Shown here piece by piece: positions 29,892-38,700 of a stretch of 64,000 nucleotides of DNA (within the stretch, counting starts at the first letter, position 1; every line of letters begins with the position of its first letter). This stretch comes from Deltaproteobacteria bacterium (GTDB lineage Bacteria; Myxococcota_A; Polyangia; HGW-17; SLPX01), in the NCBI GenBank assembly GCA_021162935.1, contig JAGGXR010000112.1, positions 997 through 64,996 of the forward strand. Reading direction: 5' to 3'. Made by a program: the position numbers and the translations under genes. The notes under the pieces are model-generated. The model was given only the letters and a program-made list of their open reading frames with translations, did no database searches and was not told the origin of the DNA.

Positions 29892-30281
29892 TCAGTCCAG
29901 CTCGGCCACGTACTCGGTATAGGCCTTTGCGTCCATCATGTCGGACAAATCTTCCGGATCGGTCATCTCCACCTGAATCATCCAGCCCTCGTCGTACGGG
30001 TCGTCGTTCACGTACTCTGGATTGTCTTCCAAGGGATCGTTGATCTTTGCAACGGTGCCCGAAACAGGAGAAAAGACGTCACTTTGCGCCTTGACGGACT
30101 CAATGGTCCCGAACACATCGCCTTTGGTGATCTCTTCGCCCTCACGGGGCAGCCCGACGTAGGTGATGTCGCCGAGTTGCTCCACGGCGTACTTCGTGAT
30201 CCCGATGGTGACCACGTTGCCCGATACTCTGGCCCATTCGTGCTCCTGTGTATACCGCAGGTCCTCTGGATATCCGCTCAT
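29892..30281 (-). CDS. gcvH: Glycine cleavage system H protein
   Basis: HEWARV, GITKYAVEQLGDI, lipoyl motif ESVKA, NDDPYDEGW. Confidence 0.97.
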   Translation of the reverse strand: MSGYPEDLRYTQEHEWARVSGNVVTIGITKYAVEQLGDITYVGLPREGEEITKGDVFGTIESVKAQSDVFSPVSGTVAKINDPLEDNPEYVNDDPYDEGWMIQVEMTDPEDLSDMMDAKAYTEYVAELD

Positions 30282-30546
30282 AGAAATCCTCCCTTTGTCG
30301 TCGCACTGCAGCCTGGCCGCGCGCAATGCGATCTACCTGTGAAGCCGAGACGTGTAACAGTGCCAACGCGCTAGACTCCACGTTTTTTCTGGATGCAGAA
30401 TAAGAGTTTGGTCATGCCGGTCAAGCGAAATTACTCTTTGACTAGAACGACTTCCAAGATACTATTTTCACGATGTTTTCATCCCTGGAGACCCCTGTTG
30501 CCGGTCACAAACCAACGAGGGTTCCCAATCCAGAAAAGGAGCCAAC

Positions 30547-30885
30547 ATGAAACGCTTCTTGTCTGCAATCACCGTGGTGTTCGTTGTGGTGTTCGTTCTG
30601 CTCGTCGCCCTTCCCGCCTTTGCCTATGTGACCGTGCGGTATTACAACCACGACTCCAAAAGCTACACGGCCAAGGCGGTCTGCCATGGCACACAGTGCA
30701 ATGTCTTGTTTGGCGCGAGCCGCACGGCGTCGGTCACCATTCAGGGATCGTCTCCCTGCCGCGTCACCCTGAACGGCAACTCCATCACCCTATCGGGTGG
30801 CGGGCGAAGACCTAACGATCAAGAACGGGAGAGTCCACAAAAACAAGTCGGCCGTCACGATCTGGCTTGGACTCTGGCCCTTTGA
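30547..30885 (+). pseudogene. Small secreted protein, probably frameshifted near 30799-30806
   Basis: Signal peptide ending AFA, then VTVRYYNHDS...TASVTIQG...ITLSGG. A GGCG tandem duplication shifts an EDLTIKNGRV continuation into the +1 frame. Confidence 0.5.
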
Positions 30886-30914
30886 TCCCTGCGGCTGCCG
30901 CGCCCCCAAAATGA

Positions 30915-31469
30915 AGGTGTCCCATCGGATACGAACTCTACGCACGAACCAAGACGCCCGCGCCCCCTGAAAACCATCTGGGAGATCTCCTCGATCGCCT
31001 CACCGCATTGGCGGATCACAGCAACCAGGAAAAGCACCGCCTCCGCCTCGACATCGACACCGGTCATCTATACGTTCAACTCCATCAAGCCTCTCGGCCG
31101 ATGCTCGCCCCTGGGGACGCGGAACCAAAACGAAGCGGCCTCGACTTCGACCTGCCACAGGGCCTGCTCGACAGCCAGGCCGAGTCCGCCATCCTGTTCG
31201 TTCTCAACTTCGCGGTATCCGCCGACCTGGAGGTCTTCGATCCGCAACTCGGACGCCTGGTCACGTCGGCCGATTCTTCCCTCATCTTGGTGAGATGGCG
31301 AGAGCAAAACGCCTATCTGCTCCACACGGTCGGATCCGACGGAGATACCACCGGCGGCGGCGCCTATTACCCCGATTTCCCCCACCAGATGAAACCGGTC
31401 ACGATCTTCTGGCTCATTGTTGGCGGGTTATTCTTGCTCTTCGCCCTGCTCAGTCGGGTTTGCGTGTAG
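30915..31469 (+). CDS. Hypothetical protein with a C-terminal TM anchor; 5' end uncertain
   Basis: Frame is open from 30915 (...PIGYELYARTK...) with no in-frame ATG/GTG near its start; ORF-track start is TTG 31008; TM IFWLIVGGLFLLFALL. Confidence 0.6.
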   Translation, partial: RCPIGYELYARTKTPAPPENHLGDLLDRLTALADHSNQEKHRLRLDIDTGHLYVQLHQASRPMLAPGDAEPKRSGLDFDLPQGLLDSQAESAILFVLNFAVSADLEVFDPQLGRLVTSADSSLILVRWREQNAYLLHTVGSDGDTTGGGAYYPDFPHQMKPVTIFWLIVGGLFLLFALLSRVCV

Positions 31470-32465
31470 GTCCTGCACCGCGATGTCGTCCCCCGTTTCG
31501 GGGACGACATCGCGACCTCGCCCGTACCATCTTCGATACAAGGCCAGTGCGCCAAACCCGATCCCAACCGCCAGCCACAAGGTGGCCAGCCGGATCACCA
31601 CGGTGGCCGCCACCGCCGAACTGCGGCCCGCCCCGACAACCGCTGCCATCACGAGCGCGACCATGCCACCTTCGGTCACCCCAAGGCCGCCTGGCAGGAA
31701 GCTGAGCGCTCCGGCCGTCGTGGCGAAGGCATAGATGAACACCGCGACAAACACAGTAGGGTGCAGCCCCTCGAAGCCCCCCAGCACCACGTAGAACGCC
31801 AGGGCCTCGCAAAGCCAGGCCACCACGCCGATCAGGACACCCAGCACGAGTCGCCCCGGACTGACCAGCCGGTACATGGTCTCGTACGAGCGTTCGAGAT
31901 GTTCCACCATCCCGCCTAGTTTCGGAAGCCGAGCAGCTAGGGAAAAAATTTTCAAACAGGCGCTGCGCCAGACGATAATCACGAGCAACACCGCCACGAT
32001 CGCGACGCCAGCCACCACCACGAACCGGGCCCGGGGAAAGGCTTCTACACCAATCAGGGTCAAGAGCAATATCGCAATCAGATCCGTAAGTCGTTCGGCA
32101 ATCACCACCGGAATCGTATCCGCCATGCGTATCTCGTCAGACTCCTTGAGAAGGTACGCCTTGAGCACCTCGCCAACCTTGCCGGGACTGACAGCCATCA
32201 CGAACCCCGACAGGAACACCACAAGGCTCCTCCTCGCAGGAATCTTTGCCCCCACCGCCTTCAAGTACAAGGCCCAACGAAAGAACCGCACCACGTAGTT
32301 GGTCATGGCCAACCCACACGCAGCTAAAAAAAGCGTCACCGGAAACGCCCACAGGTCCCGACCCACCTTGCGGACATTCGCCACCGCGCCGAACAGCGCA
32401 TAGAGCACCAACGCCAACATAATGACCAACAAAGTGCTCTTGGTCCGTTTCTGCACGATTTTCAC
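31428..32465 (-). CDS. Lysylphosphatidylglycerol synthase TM-region (UPF0104) flippase-like membrane protein
   Basis: YVVRFFRW, SPGKVGEVLKAYLL, ERLTD, PGGLGVTEGG, IRLATLW. Confidence 0.9.
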   Translation of the reverse strand: MKIVQKRTKSTLLVIMLALVLYALFGAVANVRKVGRDLWAFPVTLFLAACGLAMTNYVVRFFRWALYLKAVGAKIPARRSLVVFLSGFVMAVSPGKVGEVLKAYLLKESDEIRMADTIPVVIAERLTDLIAILLLTLIGVEAFPRARFVVVAGVAIVAVLLVIIVWRSACLKIFSLAARLPKLGGMVEHLERSYETMYRLVSPGRLVLGVLIGVVAWLCEALAFYVVLGGFEGLHPTVFVAVFIYAFATTAGALSFLPGGLGVTEGGMVALVMAAVVGAGRSSAVAATVVIRLATLWLAVGIGFGALALYRRWYGRGRDVVPETGDDIAVQDLHANPTEQGEEQE

Positions 32466-32542
32466 CCTTTCCTCGATAGACGAACGAATCTACCGTAATT
32501 TGGCGAGCATGAAAGGGCTATGTCGGACAACGGGACAACTCT

Positions 32543-32571
32543 TTGCCCGAAGAGAAAGACAATGGTAATAT
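32543..32571 (+). promoter_or_regulatory. Candidate sigma70 promoter (extended -10) for pilC
   Basis: TTGCCC (32543-32548), N17, TAATAT (32566-32571) preceded by TGG; RBS AAGGAG before ATG 32621. Confidence 0.45.
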
Positions 32572-32620
32572 GCCCTTCGAAACGTAACGCTTGCCTGACA
32601 GGCTGTAAGGAGAGGCTCAC

Positions 32621-33829
32621 ATGCCGACGTTCGTCTGGGAAGGAAAGACCCGCACAGGCGAGACCCACAAAGGAAGCATGACGGCAGACGACGATCAGGC
32701 GGTCATTGCCAAATTACGCCAACAGAACATCTCGGCCACCAAGGTGAAGAAAAAGGGGTCTACGCTCGACATCAGCTTCGGATCGCCGGTCAAGATCAAG
32801 GAACTGGTGGTGTTCACCAGACAATTTGCCACCATGATCGATGCTGGCTTGCCACTGGTGCAATGCTTGGAAATTCTGGCGAACACTTCGGACAACAAGC
32901 GATTCGCAGACATCCTCAAGGACATCAAAAGCCAGGTCGAATCAGGGAGCACCTTCTCCGTGGCACTGTCAAGACACCCGAAGGTGTTCAATTCTTTGTT
33001 CGTGAATCTTGTGGCCGCAGGAGAAGCCGGTGGTATCTTGGACACGATCCTCAATCGACTGGCCGTCCACATCGAAAAGAGCGTCAAGCTGAGGCGCCGA
33101 ATCAAGGGCGCCATGTATTATCCCGTGGGCGTCTTGATCGTGGCGGTCGGCATCATCATTCTTATGCTGTACAAGGTTATCCCGACCTTCGAAAAAATGT
33201 TCACGGACTTCGGGTCCGCCCAATTACCTGGACCGACGGCCTTTCTGATCAGCCTCTCCCACGGTCTCATCAACAACTTCCATTGGATCATCCTGGGAAC
33301 CATTGCGTTCATTGTGGGAATCATTACCTTGCTACGCTGGAAAAAGAGTCGCTATCAAATCGACAAGATCTTGCTCACCATGCCTGTCATCGGCCCGGTC
33401 GTGAGAAAGACGGTCGTCGCGCGATTCACCAGAACTTTGGGAACCCTGCTTTCGTCAGGTGTCGCAATTTTGGATTCCATGGACATTGTGGCCAAGACCG
33501 CGGGAAACATGGTGGTGGAGGAGGCCATCCTCCATACGAGACAAATGCTGTCCGAAGGACAAAATTTGGCCCCGCCGCTCATCGAAAGTGGCGTTTTTCC
33601 TCCCATGGTCTCACAGATGATTGGCGTTGGGGAACAAACTGGAGCGCTTGATGCCATGCTCCAAAAAATCGCCGACTTCTATGAAGATGAAGTCGATGTG
33701 GCCGTCGGATCCCTGACGAGTCTGATTGAACCCATCATGATGGTGGTCTTGGGAGGTGTCGTCGGTGGAATCATCGTGGCCATGTATCTCCCGATCTTCA
33801 AAATCGCTGGCGCCATCAATAAACAGTGA
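32621..33829 (+). CDS. pilC: Type IV pilus inner-membrane platform protein PilC (T2SS F family)
   Basis: FTRQFATMIDAGLPLVQCL, GEAGGILDTIL, GEQTGALDAML...DFYEDEVD, MYLPIF. Confidence 0.95.
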   Translation: MPTFVWEGKTRTGETHKGSMTADDDQAVIAKLRQQNISATKVKKKGSTLDISFGSPVKIKELVVFTRQFATMIDAGLPLVQCLEILANTSDNKRFADILKDIKSQVESGSTFSVALSRHPKVFNSLFVNLVAAGEAGGILDTILNRLAVHIEKSVKLRRRIKGAMYYPVGVLIVAVGIIILMLYKVIPTFEKMFTDFGSAQLPGPTAFLISLSHGLINNFHWIILGTIAFIVGIITLLRWKKSRYQIDKILLTMPVIGPVVRKTVVARFTRTLGTLLSSGVAILDSMDIVAKTAGNMVVEEAILHTRQMLSEGQNLAPPLIESGVFPPMVSQMIGVGEQTGALDAMLQKIADFYEDEVDVAVGSLTSLIEPIMMVVLGGVVGGIIVAMYLPIFKIAGAINKQ

Positions 33830-33854
33830 CCGCCTGACTCCGGGGCCCTTGGTC

Positions 33855-35624
33855 ATGAACGATTCGTCATCCGCAGGAACACGGCCGGACAAGGACAACG
33901 GCCATCCGTCGGTTCGTGATGGACCCGAAGAGACGTCTTTGCCGGGCGCCGACCGATCAAATGGCTCGACTTGGGAAACGCCGGATGCGGCTGAATCCGT
34001 CATTTCCATGTCCCGTCTCAGCTCCATCATGCTCTTCCGGGTCATCACGCTCACCGTGATCCTTGCTGGTGTGGTCGTGGCCAATGTAGCGTCAAAGACG
34101 CCCCTGAACCTGGACTCGGACTTCTCCCGTATCGTGCTCTTCGTGATCATCTCCCTGTACACCGTCTCCATTGTTTACGGCATCCTGGCCAACCGTGTGC
34201 ACAATCGTCGACGATTCTATTACCTGCAGCTCGCGCTGGACCTGGCGGCCACCTCGTTCGCCGTCCACGCCACGGGCGGCGCAGGATCCGGCTTCAGCAT
34301 CCTCTACCCCCTAATCATCGTGGCGGCGGCCGTGGTCGATGGACGAACCGGTGCAACAATTGCCATGGTGAGTTCTCTGGCGATGTTCTTGGCCGTTTCC
34401 ATGCTGGGCTACTTCCACCAACTCCCGCCTCTTCCCGGACAAACCATGCCGCCCTGGGAACCATCACCCGAATCCCTCTTTCGCAACATCGGGGTCAATC
34501 TGGCCGCCATCGCGGCCGTGACCATTCTGGCCATCCAGATGTCTGAACAACTCAGGCAGGCAGATACCCAGGTGTCGATACACAAAGAGGCCCTAACCCG
34601 GCTGGCCGCCCACCACCGACAGATCCTTCGGAACCTGACCACGGGCCTCATCAGCACCGATGCTGAGGGCACCGTCGTCACCGCAAACCCAGCGGTGGAA
34701 ACCATCGTGGGTGCATCGCCCGATGACATCAAGCATCGGAACATCAAAGATGTCCTGCCGCAACTGGATGGTCCACCTAGCACATCAAGAATCGAAATCA
34801 AGCATTCAGACATGACTGTTCCCGTGGAGTTGACGGTCTCTGCTATCCTGGGCCCAGACGGGAAGGAGCAGGGGCGGGTCTATCTTCTGTCCGATCGCAG
34901 AGAGCTGGAACGAATGCAGGAAACGGTTCAACGCGCCAAGCGCCTAGCCATGCTCGGCCGGTTCGCCTCGGGCGTCGCCCACGAAGTGAGAAATCCTCTC
35001 GCCTCCATATCAGGCGCCATCGAACTCCTCGGCCAGGACATCCCGCAGGACGAGGAACACACAGAAGATACACGCCTGGTGACCATTGCGCTGCGAGAAA
35101 TCGAACGCCTCGATCGTCTCGTCTCCAATCTTTTGACCGTGGCACGGCCAGACAAGGGCCGCTGTGAGGTCGTAGACTGGGTCGAGGAAATGAAAGAAGC
35201 CACGCTCCTCCTCGCCCAAGACAAAACCGATCCCCCCATCTCGATCGACCTCGTCGCCCCGGATTCCGTCATGGTCGAAGTGAATCCCGCTTCACTTCGG
35301 CAGGTCCACTGGAACCTCCTCACCAACGCACGCGACGCCATGCCGAAAGGGGGGCCCGTCTTCATCGAAATTCGGCGACAAGGCCATGACGCGGTTCTGT
35401 CTGTGCGAGATCAAGGAGTCGGAATCGACCCAGCAGCACTTGATCACATTTTCGAGCCGTTCTTCTCCACAAAAAAATCTGGAACCGGACTCGGTTTGGC
35501 CATTGTTCACCAGATCGTTTCCGACCTACAAGGGACCATTACCGTGGAGTCTCAACCAGGGCAAGGGACCACCTTCTGGATCCGACTTCCCCTTCACGAT
35601 CTGCCGCAGAACCGGGAAACATAG
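33855..35624 (+). CDS. pilS: PilS-like PAS sensor histidine kinase
   Basis: Six N-terminal TMs, PAS-like region, H-box AHEVRNPL, N-box NLLTNA, DQGVG, FFSTK, GTGLGL; directly downstream of pilC. Confidence 0.85.
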   Translation: MNDSSSAGTRPDKDNGHPSVRDGPEETSLPGADRSNGSTWETPDAAESVISMSRLSSIMLFRVITLTVILAGVVVANVASKTPLNLDSDFSRIVLFVIISLYTVSIVYGILANRVHNRRRFYYLQLALDLAATSFAVHATGGAGSGFSILYPLIIVAAAVVDGRTGATIAMVSSLAMFLAVSMLGYFHQLPPLPGQTMPPWEPSPESLFRNIGVNLAAIAAVTILAIQMSEQLRQADTQVSIHKEALTRLAAHHRQILRNLTTGLISTDAEGTVVTANPAVETIVGASPDDIKHRNIKDVLPQLDGPPSTSRIEIKHSDMTVPVELTVSAILGPDGKEQGRVYLLSDRRELERMQETVQRAKRLAMLGRFASGVAHEVRNPLASISGAIELLGQDIPQDEEHTEDTRLVTIALREIERLDRLVSNLLTVARPDKGRCEVVDWVEEMKEATLLLAQDKTDPPISIDLVAPDSVMVEVNPASLRQVHWNLLTNARDAMPKGGPVFIEIRRQGHDAVLSVRDQGVGIDPAALDHIFEPFFSTKKSGTGLGLAIVHQIVSDLQGTITVESQPGQGTTFWIRLPLHDLPQNRET

Positions 35625-35706
35625 AACCCGACCCCGATCCGATTTCGACCGCCGACCGCCTGAACCGACTCGCACGATGGCAAACAACCTGTCTTACCCG
35701 AATACT

Positions 35707-38700
35707 TTAGCGCGCCACGACGGCTCCACAGGCTTCCCGGGCGCGAACGAGCCGAGACCCAATATTGTACAAAAGCAATCCTGTCAGAACGTCGTCATCC
35801 GCCTTTTCGGCACGCAGAACCTCCGCGGCGCCTCGAAGGTCTCCGCAGGCACATAGGCCGACACGAACCGCCGTCGTACGCGCCGCCTCCTGCCATGTGG
35901 CCATTCCAACAGCACCGGCCTGTGCGTATACCAAGGCCGGCTCTTCGATGGACTTTCGAACGCGTCTCGGCACCTGCTTCATGAACGCCTTGCCGCGCTC
36001 TGCCAGGTCACTGCGCGAAGCCAGGTCCTGTCCGAATTCCCGATCGAATTGACTGACGATTCCGGCAAGGACCAGCTCCAACTCGTGGAGATCCGCCCAT
36101 TCGAGAAAGGCGGAACCTGTCACTGCTTGCGCCCAGGCACGACCAACAAGAAAACCAAACGTCCTGGGCTGTGCCATTTCCATCAATTTCTCACCAAGAA
36201 CCAAGGCGGGCGTATTGCCTGGGATGACCACCGAACGATGGCCCAAAGACCGATCCACGAGGATTTCGAAACGATCGAGCCCGACACGCAGTGCGGCATC
36301 CGAAGCAATCTGATACCACGGATGGTCGGGTCGAATTTCGTCCATGTCACCCATTTCTCGGCCGGCGAGCCTTCTGGAAAACATCCCGTGCAGATAGGGT
36401 GCAACCGCAAACAGCAGGTTGCGGGCGGCCATCGGCTCTGCCTCCGGCGACATCAGTTCCACGATCACGTCCGGCCTGAGACTGCCAGGCAACGGAGCCG
36501 CATTCTCCATAGCCACCGCGGCTTTTTCCGCTGCCGCCTCTTCCTCCTCGGTCGCCTGGTCGAACACGCAAAGCACCTGAGCGGCACAATGCGCACGGTC
36601 CACCTCGCCCCGCTTATCGAAGACCTGACATAACCCACGATAGGCCTCGTATCGAACTGGGTCCCTCTTGAGAACGCCTTTGTATTCGGCAAGGGCCATC
36701 CCGTCCCGGTCGGCCCACAGATGAAGGGCCGCACTTTCGAGTCGGGCCTCGACCGATTCGGGGTCCTCGGCCAGGGCCTTCTGCACTTCCGTTTCAGCAA
36801 GTTCGGGCTTGAGCAGTCGTCTGGACAAATTTCTGGCTCGGGCCAGCCGCAAAGCCGTGCTGCCCGGACGATCCGATGTAGCCTCCTCCAAAACGCGCCC
36901 CAGGAGCGCGTCGTATCCAGCTGGGTCGTTTCGCTCGTCGAAGAAACGATCGAGTTCTTCGATGGCCTCCGGAGCTAAAAGACACAACGCTGCGGCGCGA
37001 ACGAGGTACTCCTGGGCCTCGTCGGGCTTGGCGAGGCCACGAGACGTAACATCCGCCAGTTTGATCAGCCATGCGGCTCGCTGTGCGGGCACCGAAGACT
37101 CCGCAAGGTCGGCGAGCCCCGTAGCCGCCTGTTCCCACTGCCCGAGCTTCAACGCCAAATCTACCAGCATTTCCCTTGCCTGGCGGTTTTCCGAATCGCG
37201 TTCCAAAACTTTCTCAGTGACCTCGATGGCCTTCTGTGCTTCGTGGAGATGATCCTTTTCAATCTCCGCAAGGCGCAAGAGATAATCGACCACCTCGGCG
37301 TCACTCCGTGAGATTTCTGCAAGGCGCTCAATGACACGGGCAGCTTCGCGCCAACGCCGCGTGCTGGGGTACAGCACGGCCAAGGCCTCCAACGCCTTCT
37401 TGTCATCCGGTCTCAAGGAAAGAACCTCCTCGAGCACGGAACTGGCTCCCGGATTGTCTTCTAGGTGCTCCATGAGCACCCGGGCAAGCTCGATCATGAG
37501 ATCGGGCCGCGCCGCTGCTTCAATGTGCGCGATCCGCCGCCGATACAGGTCCGTCAGCTCCTGATAGGCGTCCCGTGACGACAACAGCGACGTCAGTCGC
37601 CCGAAGGCCACATCATGGCCTGGATTCATTTCGAAAACCTTCTGGTAGGCCTCCTCCGCCTTGGCCGGATCCACGAATTCGATCAACCAAATGTCTCCGG
37701 CGCGCATCAACGCATCCATGGCAGCCTTTTCGTCTCCGCACAGACAACTCTCTTCGAGTAGGAGCTCCGCCACATCTTTCTGCTTGCCCTGAAGTTGACG
37801 AACCATTCTCAAGCTGCGCACCGCAGGCAGGTCGTCTCCATGCACGGTCCTTGCCCGTTCAAAGGCCATGGCAGCCTCGTCGAGGCGACCAAGCCGCCAC
37901 AGGATATCCCCCAGACGAACATAGGCTGCCCCGGCGTCTTCGGCACCGCGCTTCAGATGCGCGATTTCCATACGACACACGTCCACCAGGGCCTCATCGT
38001 TCCCTGCTTCGACCGCCAGGCGATCCAAGGTTTCCAGGGCCTCTCTGTCGGAAGGCACGGCGTCCAGAATGCGGCGAGCCACGGCAGCCTCACCCCCCGC
38101 CTCAGAACCATCCTGTCCCACCCATGCAATTTTCTGCTTGAGCAGGGCCACGGCGGTTGCACGGTCCGAAAGCGCATCAGCCAGACTGATCACGGCGGCG
38201 GCCAAACGATCCGGCGGGGCCCCCTTTCGCAGGAGCTCCTGTTCACTCAACAGCGCCTCCCGATTGGTGGGTTCCAGGGCAAGAACCTCCGCCAGGTCCT
38301 TCAACGCACGTTCCTTATCCGGACGGAGGTATCGGCTCAACACCGACAGTCGCAACCCGGTGCGGACGGCATCCCACGCCCCAATCTCAAGCTGTTTCTC
38401 CAGGACGGCCGCCAGCCCCTCCCAGTCCCCTCGCTGCGCCAGAACGCGTTCCCAGGCGAGGAGCGCCACGTCTGCCACCGCTGGTACAGACAAGACCGAC
38501 TCGAACCGCTTGGCCGCACCTTCGGGCCGCGAGAGGCGATCCGCCAAGATAAGTGTGGCCCGGAGGCTAGACACGGCATGTCGTGACGGATCTGCGCCTT
38601 CTGCCAGGTGATCCAGAAACTCGATATAGTCTTCCCAGCGCTCCGACCGCACCAGGAGATCGCCCAATGCATCCTGTGCGGGCACGTGGTCCGACTCTGC

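Noticed and set aside
30282-30546. Possible glycine riboswitch or sigma54 promoter upstream of gcvH
   Set aside because: No aptamer consensus is visible, and TGGCAC is not followed by TTGC at the -12 position.
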